DNA from: Endomicrobium sp.
GTDB lineage: Bacteria; Elusimicrobiota; Endomicrobiia; Endomicrobiales; Endomicrobiaceae
Assembly: GCA_031264325.1 (NCBI GenBank)
Contig: JAISEE010000019.1
Location: forward strand, 48,891 to 112,890
DNA: 64,000 nt
Reading direction: 5' to 3'
A program made the position numbers and the translations under genes. The notes beneath the pieces were generated by a model, which saw only the letters and a program-made list of their open reading frames with translations, searched no databases and was not told where the DNA came from. This document shows positions 20,552 to 30,782 of the stretch, one piece after another; position 1 is the stretch's first letter; each line of letters starts with the position of its first letter.

Positions 20552-21531
20552 TTGCTATAAAAATCCTTAACAACATATTCAAGTTCTTGAGGACTTGTAG
20601 TGGCTGTGCCAAGTTTGCCAACCACTATTCCTGCAGCAAAATTTGCAATCTCGGCCGCACTTAACAAACTTGCTTTAGCGGCCAAAGCCAGTGTCATAGT
20701 GGAAATAACTGTGTCTCCAGCCCCAGTAACGTCATAAACTTCTTTTGCCCTTGCTGGAATATTAGTAATTTTATTATTAGGCTCTACAAGAGTCATTCCT
20801 TTTTCACCACGAGTGATAACTACTGAGTTTGACCCTAAAGTCTTCAAAATTTTCTTACCTAAAACCGATATGTCTTCCTCGCTTTTTATATTTTTTAACC
20901 TCATGCCTTCTACCGCTTCTTTTTCATTAGGAGTCATTGTTGTAACTTTTTTGTATTTTTTAAAGTGATCTGTTTTAGGATCCACCGTGACAGGAATTTT
21001 GTATTTTTTTGCAAAAGCAATTGTTTTCTTAAGGACAGTCAGACTTACTACCCCTTTACCATAATCAGAAATTATCACTGCATTGGCTTTTGGAATAACC
21101 TCTTTTATGTTTTTTATAATTTTCAATTCGATAGATCGCTCAAAAACACCCTTTACTTCTTTATCTACCCTAACTACTTGCTGGCTTGCAGCAATAATTC
21201 TTGTTTTTATAATCGTCGGACGATGAGGGCTACAAACTAAATAATCACAATTTATATTTTTTTTCGAAAGCATTTCTATTAAAGATTTTCCTGTAACATC
21301 ATCACCAATCGCACTAACTATAAATGCTCTACCACCTAATGCCATTATGTTATTTGCTACGTTTGCAGCGCCACCAAGAACTTCAGTCTCCTTTGTAACC
21401 TCAACAATTAAAACCGGAGCCTCAGGGGAAATTCTTGCAGCCTTTCCCCATATAAACTTATCTACCATGGCATCACCGACAACCAAAACTGTTTGTTTTT
21501 TAAATAAAGAAATCAATTTTAATAATTTCAT
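20548..21531 (-). CDS. rfaE1: D-glycero-beta-D-manno-heptose-7-phosphate kinase (HldE/RfaE domain I)
   Basis: RISPEAPV, GGAANVANN, SDYGKG, DVTGAGDTV. Confidence 0.93.
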   Translation of the reverse strand: MKLLKLISLFKKQTVLVVGDAMVDKFIWGKAARISPEAPVLIVEVTKETEVLGGAANVANNIMALGGRAFIVSAIGDDVTGKSLIEMLSKKNINCDYLVCSPHRPTIIKTRIIAASQQVVRVDKEVKGVFERSIELKIIKNIKEVIPKANAVIISDYGKGVVSLTVLKKTIAFAKKYKIPVTVDPKTDHFKKYKKVTTMTPNEKEAVEGMRLKNIKSEEDISVLGKKILKTLGSNSVVITRGEKGMTLVEPNNKITNIPARAKEVYDVTGAGDTVISTMTLALAAKASLLSAAEIANFAAGIVVGKLGTATTSPQELEYVVKDFYSK

Positions 21532-21562
21532 CTCTTACTCCAAGTTAATAAATTATCAACAC

Positions 21563-22525
21563 TTACAAATAAGATTTATTTTTTAAATAAAAACAGTAGT
21601 CTTTAACTGAGTCTTCCAACTCCATGAAAGGTTTGTTGTATCCGGCTTTTCTCAAGTTATCTATTTTTGCTTCAGTAAAATATTGATACTTAACTCTTAA
21701 ATAGTCCGGCATATCTATATACTCAATATTTTCTTTTTTACCAATCGTTTCAAACATTAATTTTGCAACATCATTCCATGTTCTTGACTTCCCTGTGCCT
21801 AAATTAAATATGCCGGTCTTTGAAGGATTTTGAAATAAAAAATACATTGCATCTACAGCGTCTTTTATATAAACAAAATCCCTGCGTTGCCCACCGTTAG
21901 AATACTTCTCACTATAAGACTTAAATAATTTTATCAATCCATTTTGAGCCACTTCATCATAATTTTTACATATTACGCTTCTCATATCATGTTTATGATA
22001 TTCGTTAGGGCCAAAAACATTAAAGAATTTTATCCCAACAATCTTATTTATATAATTATTATTTAAAAGCCACAAATCAAACATATGCTTTGAATATCCG
22101 TACATATTAATAGGAAACAGATTTTTTATTTTTGCCAAACCGTCGTCATACCCCAACTTGCCACTACCATAAGTGGCGGCAGACGACGCATAAATAAACG
22201 GAATATTCAGTTCAAAAGCCCACAAAGCTAAAACTTTAGAATATTCGTAATTATTTTTTATGTAATAATTTGCATCACTTAAAGTTGTGGAACTGCATGC
22301 TCCAAGATGTACTATTGCCTGGGGTTTTGGGACTTGTCTGCTAATTACAGCGTTTAAAAAATCATTTTTTTGTATATAATCATAATAACTTTTACCTACT
22401 AAATTCTTCCATTTCTCATCTTTGCCCAAATGGTCTACAACCAAAACATTTTTTATTCCTTCATGATTTAATTTCCAAAGAAAACAGCTACCAATAAATC
22501 CTGCTCCGCCAGTTAAGATTATCAT
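21563..22525 (-). CDS. hldD: ADP-L-glycero-D-manno-heptose 6-epimerase
   Basis: TGGAGFIGS, HLGACSST, YASSAATYG, YGYSK, FNVFGPNEYHK. Confidence 0.96.
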   Translation of the reverse strand: MIILTGGAGFIGSCFLWKLNHEGIKNVLVVDHLGKDEKWKNLVGKSYYDYIQKNDFLNAVISRQVPKPQAIVHLGACSSTTLSDANYYIKNNYEYSKVLALWAFELNIPFIYASSAATYGSGKLGYDDGLAKIKNLFPINMYGYSKHMFDLWLLNNNYINKIVGIKFFNVFGPNEYHKHDMRSVICKNYDEVAQNGLIKLFKSYSEKYSNGGQRRDFVYIKDAVDAMYFLFQNPSKTGIFNLGTGKSRTWNDVAKLMFETIGKKENIEYIDMPDYLRVKYQYFTEAKIDNLRKAGYNKPFMELEDSVKDYCFYLKNKSYL

Positions 22526-22699
22526 TATACCCTCTTGCGTTTTTAAATAGATTGCGAAAATGTGCGAGTGAGAACGAGAAATAGATAGACTGTAAAATAT
22601 ATCCTATAAAAATACTTTTTTTATGTCAATTTATAGGTTTAGCTTTTATTATAAAAATAGTTTAAACTTATAATTCAAATAATTCAAAACTTAAAACTT

Positions 22700-24700
22700 A
22701 ATCTCAACTTTTATACTTGTCTTAGTTTTAAATATCTGTCTTTAAATCAAATACGTATTTACAGACACTGAGTCTGCAATTTACACAAAGCCACCGCGTC
22801 CGTATACAAAATCATCCTGATTTGGAAAACTTCAAAAAATTCAACGTTGTCGACTTTTGTATCGACATGGTTATTTGCACTATAAATATATTCCAGGTGT
22901 GAGACAGTGTTTAACCCTTTTAGTAACCTGAGTTCCATGTTAATGTGCCCATAGTCTTGAGCAGTCCATTATGCTTTTCTATAAAGATTAAGAAGTTAAA
23001 GGACATGGGTTGTTCTTGTCTGCAAAACTATGTCTAATACTTTAAATAAAATTTATGTCGAAATTATAAACACAGTTTCGCCACAACTTCAAAAAATAAG
23101 TTGCTCAGGTAATTTTTTAACTTCCCATAGACATATTGTTTTCATAACCCTCTCCGTATAAAACCATATCATTATTTAAAAATCTAAAAAGATATGTCAA
23201 AAGACACTTAATTAACCAATATATTTCGCTCTTTAAACCAATGCCTTTTATCAGACTATATGTTTTAAACTATAAAATATCTCCACTGTCACCCATCTCA
23301 TCTTCCAAAAGTTTATTTCTATCTAAAATTTTTACACTCTGTATAAAATATATTATATATTCAAATAGTTAATAAAGTATTATTCAAGGCCACATAAGTT
23401 GATCATTAAACGTTACAAGTATTAGTAACGAGCTTCCATAAGCATGCATTAATTTGGTCAATCTAAAACAAGCTTACATCTGTGCTACAGCCAAAAGATG
23501 AAAAACTATAATTTAAGCCATAGCTAGCATTTGCTTTATCTTTACCAAACCAACAATAAAAGAAAAACATTGGAACATATTTTCACTTTCTGTATTAAAA
23601 CTTGCACTATAACCTCTATATTTAAAACCCTACATCAACTTGGGATTAATTAAAGTACGCTGTATTTAACTGGCATCGAAATGATCTTGTTCTCAAAACA
23701 GACATATAACATACATACTATTTATATTTGCCATGTCTAAATGTAGTTAGTATCTATAGAAACACAAAAGTGCTAAAGTAAATGCCAAAGTGATCAGTCG
23801 TAGTATCAAGTCATAAGTAGTTGTTTATATATACATAATAAATATATAATATACAAATATACAAAAAATTTTTGCCAATGTGCTTTATTTTAATTCATAA
23901 CGCAAAATAAGTTTTATCAATGACATAAAAAAGCATCAGAAATAGGATTTCCAGTTTTGTTGTTAGTCACATCAAATCTTAAATGTGCATTGGTGGCACA
24001 TAAATTATTATTAAAATATATGTAGATGTAGATAGTAATCACAAAAAAAACAACTAAGTTTAACACTGAACCAATAAAAGAATATAAGCATTTTCTAAAT
24101 AATCGATATTTTCAATCTTCACAACACTGTTGTTAAAACTTATCACGCTCTTCGCTTTCTTCTGCAGCTATCTGTAACTATATATTTTGATAGACTATAG
24201 TTTTGTTCTAACAAAACTATATAACCAACTCACCCCAAAGCTCAAACTCTAAAAGTTAGCAATAAAAAGAACTGTTACCATTAACTTAATCTTGCTCCAT
24301 ATTTTTATATCATGAAAACATTTGTTATGAGTATCAACTTCCTATCTAAATTAGTTTAACTCAGTGTCTATAGTATAAATTGTGCTCACATTGTATGAAA
24401 CATACTTTTTAAATGCCACCATATAGTATAAACATTTGCCCTCCCAGCAGTAAAAAATTTTTTACTCTTACTAAGAGAGTTTTAAATAGCACAATCGCAG
24501 TTTGAAACTTGATTATCGATAAAGTTTAAAAATGTTAAAATGTTTAAACTTACAGCAAATCTTTTCAGTTCCTAATAATCTAAAGGATCCAAAAAAAAAT
24601 AAAAATTGTTGAAGCCTTTTGGTTAGCAGAATCAATAATGTATGTCATTTCTGAACTTTTATGATTTTAATATTCAATAATAGTGAATATTAAAATTTTA
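22700..24700 (-). pseudogene. Eroded large gene, possibly an outer-membrane/surface protein
   Basis: No intact ORF; coding-like fragments with beta-strand patterns ('GLNYSF', 'GFKYRGYSASF'); family not identified. Confidence 0.3.
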
Positions 24701-24838
24701 AGAAAAGTCTGAACTGTTGAAATGTAAACTGCATGCAAAAAATATTACTATAAAAAAACAAAGGCTTAAGACAAAACAACAATATATATATTCATATATA
24801 TTCATACGTTGATTAATGACTATAATCTTTGATAAAAT

Positions 24839-25918
24839 ATGATCAATATGACAAAATCTATTTATTCTATACTAGATAAAGCATATAACACTTATAGTTT
24901 AGACAAAAGTGAAATATCATATCTTTTAAAAACAGAAGAAAACAATAAAATTTTTTCTGCAGCAGATAAAGTAAGAAAAGAACATGTCGGGGATAAAGTA
25001 CATTTACGCGCTTTGATAGAATTTTCAAATTACTGTAAACAAGATTGTCTATATTGTGGTCTTAGAAGGAGCAATACAAAAATAATAAGATATCGCTTAG
25101 AGCCTCAAGAAATAATAAATTCTACAAAAAAAGCTACAGAGTATGGCTACAAAACGATTGTTTTACAATCAGGCGAAGATTTATACTATACCATAGATAG
25201 AATGTCAAAAATAATTTCTGAAATAAAAAAATTTGATATTGCCGTTACTTTAAGTATAGGAGAAAAAACTTTTGAAGAGTATAAAGCGTACCGCGAAGCC
25301 GGAGCAGACAGATATTTATTGCGAATAGAAACGACAGATGAAGTTCTATATGCTAAGCTTAATCCAGGAATGAGCTTAAAAAATAGAATGCGATGCTTAG
25401 AAGACATAAAAAAATTATATTATGAAGTAGGCTCAGGTATAATGGTTGGTCTTCCTGGACAAACTATAGAAAGTATAGCCGAAGACATAGCTTATTTTAA
25501 ATCTATACCTATTGACATGGCTGGAGTTGGTCCTTTTATCTATCACCCAGATACCCCTATTGAAAAAACAAAAGGCAATTATTTTGAATTAACTCTCAAA
25601 GTTATGGCAATATTGCGTTTACTTATGCCTAATATAAATATACCAGCTACAACTGCGATGGACGTTTTAAATTCTAACGGGCGATTGATAGCATTACAAT
25701 GCGGGGCAAATGTAGTTATGCCAAACGCTACGGAAACAACGTATAGAAAGTATTATGAAATTTATCCAGGCAAAATTTGTATAAATGACTCACCAAAATA
25801 CTGCAGGTTTTGCATAGAAAGTAAAATTAAATCTATAAATAGAAATGTGGCAAAAAGTAAAGGTTATCATAGATCAAGTTTAAATCTGGCAGAAAAACAC
25901 GAAAGGACACAAAAATGA
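24839..25918 (+). CDS. hydE: [FeFe]-hydrogenase maturase HydE (radical SAM)
   Basis: LIEFSNYCKQDCLYCGLR (CxxxCxxC), VLQSGED, RYLLRIET, PATTA, GANVVMPN, YEIYPGK plus Cx7Cx2C. Confidence 0.9.
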   Translation: MINMTKSIYSILDKAYNTYSLDKSEISYLLKTEENNKIFSAADKVRKEHVGDKVHLRALIEFSNYCKQDCLYCGLRRSNTKIIRYRLEPQEIINSTKKATEYGYKTIVLQSGEDLYYTIDRMSKIISEIKKFDIAVTLSIGEKTFEEYKAYREAGADRYLLRIETTDEVLYAKLNPGMSLKNRMRCLEDIKKLYYEVGSGIMVGLPGQTIESIAEDIAYFKSIPIDMAGVGPFIYHPDTPIEKTKGNYFELTLKVMAILRLLMPNINIPATTAMDVLNSNGRLIALQCGANVVMPNATETTYRKYYEIYPGKICINDSPKYCRFCIESKIKSINRNVAKSKGYHRSSLNLAEKHERTQK

Positions 25919-26991
25919 AGATACTCATAGGGTTAAGTGGTGGCGTTGACTCAGCTATAGCCGCATATTTATTAAAAGACCAGGGATATGAAGTAATCGG
26001 CACAATGATGTCTGTATGGGATGGCTCTATTCCATGCAAAAAAAACAAAAACGTTACCACTTGCCTGGGACATGAAGACGAAGACATTGAAGCTGTGTAT
26101 AAAATAGCAGATTTCCTTAAAATATCTGCACATATTTTTGACTGTAGAGAAGAATACAAAAAAATCGTTATTGAAAATTTTAGAAATGAATACAAAAAAG
26201 GACACACGCCAAATCCTTGCGTGTGGTGCAATACCTATATTAAGTTTGGCGTACTTCCGTTAATGGCAAAAAAAAACGGAATAATATTTAATAAATTCGC
26301 TACAGGGCATTATGCAAACATCACATTCAACAAATCATTAAATATGTATCAATTATGCAAGGCAAAAGACAGTACAAAAGATCAAACTTATTTTCTATAC
26401 AGACTTAATCAAAATATTCTTTCTAAAACGATTTTTCCAATTGGAGAGCTTACAAAAGAACACGTGAGAAAAATAGCAAAAAAAATACAACTGCCAGTGG
26501 CAGAAAAACCAGACAGCCAAGATTTTTATTGTGGCAACTATAATGATATACTGCAATTTCCAGCAAACCAAGGAAACATTATGGACAAAGATGGAAAAAT
26601 TTTAGGTAAACACAATGGAATATGGAACTATACTATAGGTAAACGCAAAGGTCTAGGACTTTCTGGAGGAACAAAAGATCCCTTATACGTTATAAATATT
26701 TTAGCTAAGCAAAATATTGTAATTGTTGGAACCAAAAAAGACTTGTATTTTTCATCACTTACAACAAAAAAAGTAACATGGGCTTCAATTCCAATACCAA
26801 AAAAACCTATCGAAGCAAGCGTAAAAATACGTCAGCAACACATGGCTGCAAAGGCTATTATAACACCCATAGGAAATGATGGAGCTAAAGTTGAATTTGA
26901 AGAGCCGCAAATGTCAATCACGGCAGGACAAAGCTCTGTGTTTTATAAAGACAATATTGTCCTTGGGGGAGGTGTTATTACTTTTAATTAA
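25915..26991 (+). CDS. mnmA: tRNA U34 2-thiouridylase
   Basis: SGGVDS, TPNPCVWCN, ATGHY, KDQTYFL, YTIGKRKGLG, ITAGQS. Confidence 0.95.
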   Translation: MKILIGLSGGVDSAIAAYLLKDQGYEVIGTMMSVWDGSIPCKKNKNVTTCLGHEDEDIEAVYKIADFLKISAHIFDCREEYKKIVIENFRNEYKKGHTPNPCVWCNTYIKFGVLPLMAKKNGIIFNKFATGHYANITFNKSLNMYQLCKAKDSTKDQTYFLYRLNQNILSKTIFPIGELTKEHVRKIAKKIQLPVAEKPDSQDFYCGNYNDILQFPANQGNIMDKDGKILGKHNGIWNYTIGKRKGLGLSGGTKDPLYVINILAKQNIVIVGTKKDLYFSSLTTKKVTWASIPIPKKPIEASVKIRQQHMAAKAIITPIGNDGAKVEFEEPQMSITAGQSSVFYKDNIVLGGGVITFN

Positions 26992-27799
26992 GACTGTGAC
27001 CTAGACTATTTTAAGAAAAATACAAAAACGTAAATAAATAAAATATAAATCCACAAAACATAACCAGTTTATATATAACCAACTTGTTTCACATAACAGA
27101 CCACCTACATTGAATTTCTTTTATAATTTTCTTTAAAGATAAATAAAATACAAAATGCATGTAGAACACAAAAAAAAAGAAACTAAATGTATTTGCATAA
27201 TATCCTATAATATTCTCTCTATATCTACTAATTAAAACGCAACTATAATTGTAGAAATTAACAAAAGTTTTCTGAACATTTTAATTTATTTTTGAGTAGT
27301 CTTCTTTATAATGCCTTATTACTTTTTACTTCTAAAATGCTTATGAGAGATGTTGTAGTTGCAAATAAACAAACAACTAAAAGAAGGCTATCATACAAAA
27401 ATATTTGCCTAATAGTATTTTATTAAAAAGGTATTATAATAAAACACTAACAAAAATTCAGGATTTAAATCTTTACCAAAATATTGCAAAAAAATAATTA
27501 TTAAAGATGCTAAAGTTAAATAAAACATGACCGCTTAAAGTAGCAATATTTTTCAGAATAAATATTCAATTTTTCTTGCATAAAAATCCATATACTAACC
27601 ACATATGGCTGCTATAAGAATAAAAATCTAAAAGAAAAAGAGTGAATCTTTTGGTCGTAACACAAACTCATGTCCTAACATTTAAAAGTGTATACCATTT
27701 TAAAACAAAAAAGTTCACATCCATTCATAAAGGCACCAAAGAAAAATAATCATTACAACCAAAAGACAAAATAGTATAAATTTATTTAACTTCCATACA

Positions 27800-28560
27800 A
27801 TCTTTTTAATGCCATTTGTTATTTAACAAGCATGGGATGTGGTTATTGCAAGCGCATTAAACCAACCAAAAAGCTTATTACTTTGCCTGTCAAATTATAA
27901 AAATATGAAACGTTTTTTGTTTGTAATTTAATAAATAAATATAGAGAATCGAGTCAGAAAATAAACAACCCATGCCACAGTCAACACTATACCCTCAACA
28001 CAAAAAAATATCTAACTTTATTATGCTCCGTCACTAAATTATCATCAAAATTTTAATAAAACACCTGATAAATCATTTTTCTGCAAGCCTTTCAAAAATT
28101 ATTTCAATATATACTGTAATTAATCCAAGACAAAAAATCCAAACAATGCACTGTATTATGAAAGCTGCGCCTACCAAACTCGTCAAGTTCTTATATAAAA
28201 CTATCAATATAAATAACTCCACCACCGTCCTATCCTCAACCAAACTCCTATAGCAGGCCTAATAAGTGTGCCAAACAAACCCATCATTCCAACGACATAC
28301 ACATTTACCCAAATAAACCGATCTTTTGAAAAAAGTTTATAAAATTTGTCAGTAAATATACCTAACCAAACCAGCATTCCCAGCTGAAGAAACAGCTGTA
28401 ATCTCATAAACGCACAAGTACGAGGCCATTTATAACAAGCACTCTCCAAAAAAACTCACACAAATGACACCGTATAGGCAATGGATCTCCTTCTGCATTA
28501 AACATCTTCACAAACATCTACCTTATTAATGCAAAATACTAAAACAAACTATTTTTAATA
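27800..28560 (-). pseudogene. Eroded membrane transporter(s); 28200-28520 resembles the C-terminal half of an MFS (GlpT/UhpC-like) permease
   Basis: Fragments 'YEITAV..GMLV..G.FTDKF' and 'VGMMGLFG' resemble OPA-family TM8 and TM11; broken frames. Confidence 0.3.
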
Positions 28561-28769
28561 TTTTACCCTATAACTTTAATTTTTATTAATTTTATTAAAA
28601 CTAAAATCGTTTAAGTGCATGTCATATCTCTACTTAAAACGACTGTTATAATGACTTTGAAATATCTTGTCAATAAATAACGCATCTGGAACTTATGCTT
28701 TATAAACGCTATAAAAAGCATTTTGTTATTAAAAATAGTTTTTGATTTCTTGACATCTGTTTAGCCGAC

Positions 28770-29426
28770 TTAAGGCTTGACATTCATCTTTTGTAAAAAT
28801 ACACTTATGGCAGGGAGACGAATATAATTTGCTATATAATACTCAACATAATTCCAAACTTTTTCATCTTCTACTCCGTCAATTAAATCAACATCGTTGC
28901 CAGAGCAGTTTGAAAGTTTTTTTATACTCATTGCCACACGTTCATCAATAAAAGTATTGTTATTTTTTATATATTCTGAAAAAGAATACCCCGAAAGTTT
29001 TAAAAATCGTAAAATAAATGAAACCAGAACTCTTTTGGGATATTTGCAAGTGCTAAGTATCCCCCAAACTCTTACTATTAAATCATATTTCTTTGTATTT
29101 TCAAGATTAAAAGGTACAAATTTATCGCTCACTTCCGCTACATATAAAGCACACAAATTTCGCATAAAATTATTTTTTATTATTGTATTGTTGTTAACAA
29201 TATTTGCGCCTGTAATTTTTGGCCTTATTGATAAACGGCTACTAAAAACATGAAACTCGCTTTCTGTAAGTATTTCGGTGGCAGATAAAAGTTTTGCCGC
29301 TATCTTTTTGGCACTTGGAGCAACAGCTTGAATTTTACCCCATTGGTAAGAATAAACCGTAATAAGCTTATCATATTCACCGTATATTTTAGAGTTAAGA
29401 ACAAGGCCGTTTATTGTATAATACAT
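28770..29426 (-). CDS. recO: DNA repair protein RecO
   Basis: 'GLVLNSKIYGEYDKLITVYS..GKIQAVA.SAKK' OB-fold start; ybeY-corC-recO context. Confidence 0.88.
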   Translation of the reverse strand: MYYTINGLVLNSKIYGEYDKLITVYSYQWGKIQAVAPSAKKIAAKLLSATEILTESEFHVFSSRLSIRPKITGANIVNNNTIIKNNFMRNLCALYVAEVSDKFVPFNLENTKKYDLIVRVWGILSTCKYPKRVLVSFILRFLKLSGYSFSEYIKNNNTFIDERVAMSIKKLSNCSGNDVDLIDGVEDEKVWNYVEYYIANYIRLPAISVFLQKMNVKP

Positions 29427-29439
29427 TTTTTAAACCCTC

Positions 29440-30290
29440 TTTTTGTCTTCTTGGAACCAGCATCTTAAATTTTTATTAAATATACTACCACTCCGGTTAA
29501 TTTTTCACAATCTCTAGGCTTTTTCAAATACTCCTAAATCCTCATACACTTACTAACAGTTAAATGAATTTTTTCTTAAATATTGCTAGATTCGTCATTA
29601 ACATTATTACACCAAAATAACAGCCAATTTTTCGTATATATTATCCTTTATTATGACGTTTTTGATATTTTTGCTATACACAACCAGAGTTCTTAAACAT
29701 TTTATATTAATATTTTTTTAATCGTCCCGTCTTTATGCAGATTCATGTCTGCCCCAAAACATAGAAAACAAATATCATACACTTGAGAGACTTTCATATT
29801 TTTAAAACTCACTACATTAATTACAAACCCAATATGCTTCATATAAAAGAAGAATGTGTTTTCTTTCATCTGATAACAAAAAAACTTATTTCATTGTGTT
29901 TGATATAATGCTTTCGTTATTTTTAAAACGGCTTCATCATTTTGTTTAAAATTGTTAGCAAAATCAATTAGGATTCTAAAAACAATGAAAATCTTACTAT
30001 AACTATAGTAAACAAAATAAATACAAAAGTCATTACTGTATTTTATCACTTGAAATTTAACAGTTCGTTTATTTTTTTGCATTCAATTATATATAAATAT
30101 GGCTCTTTAATCCGAAATAATAGGCACGTAGTTTGTAATAATGTCAAGAGTAACATTTAGAGGAGCATCAGAGTAGTTGTAAAAAGATAATAAAATTGTT
30201 CAACCAACAACAACAGTTTAAAAATTTATGAATTTTGACAATAAGTTCTTTTTTCTCTGCATTTAGAGTAACTTGTAATGTATATATCAG
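29440..30290 (-). pseudogene. Eroded CorC/HlyC CBS-domain (hemolysin family) gene
   Basis: Fragments resembling 'SR.PVY..NIDNIIGIIY.K' and 'EIV.E'; canonical position between ybeY and recO. Confidence 0.5.
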
Positions 30291-30320
30291 TCACACAGAG
30301 CATTCATCAAGTCTAGACGA

Positions 30321-30782
30321 TTAAAAACTAAGACAATTAAACTTGTGAAAATAAACATTGAAAATTTTATCTTGCTTGGCAAACATTTTAGATTTATTTT
30401 CAACATCATAATCAGTATATCCACAAAGATGAAGCATTCCATGTATAACAAGATACGCCAACTCTTGTTCCCAAGAGTTGGCGTATCTTTTCGCCTGTTT
30501 CTGAGTACGACTTTTTGATATATAAATATCTCCCGCAAAGATTTCAGGAATAATTAAAAAAGAGATAACATCTGTTATGCGTCTTACTTTTCTGTACTTC
30601 ATATTCATTTTTTTTATTTCTTTATCGTTTAACATTATAAAATTTATTTGATACTTTCTTTTTTTTTCGGACTTTAAAACAAAACCTGCAACTTCTTTTA
30701 AAATCTTAACATGTTTTTTAGGAAAGCCAACAAAATTTATAAAATTTTCATTTGTATTCAATTCTTGCATGATATATACCAA
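30321..30782 (-). CDS. ybeY: rRNA maturation RNase YbeY
   Basis: TDVISF, GDIYIS, IHGMLHLCGYTD (third His of H3xH5xH reads T); start uncertain. Confidence 0.9.
   Translation of the reverse strand: MVYIMQELNTNENFINFVGFPKKHVKILKEVAGFVLKSEKKRKYQINFIMLNDKEIKKMNMKYRKVRRITDVISFLIIPEIFAGDIYISKSRTQKQAKRYANSWEQELAYLVIHGMLHLCGYTDYDVENKSKMFAKQDKIFNVYFHKFNCLSF

Noticed and set aside
22526-22620. Slightly GC-richer leader upstream of hldD, considered as an ops/JUMPstart element or riboswitch
   Set aside because: No GGCGGTAG ops motif and no convincing stem structure
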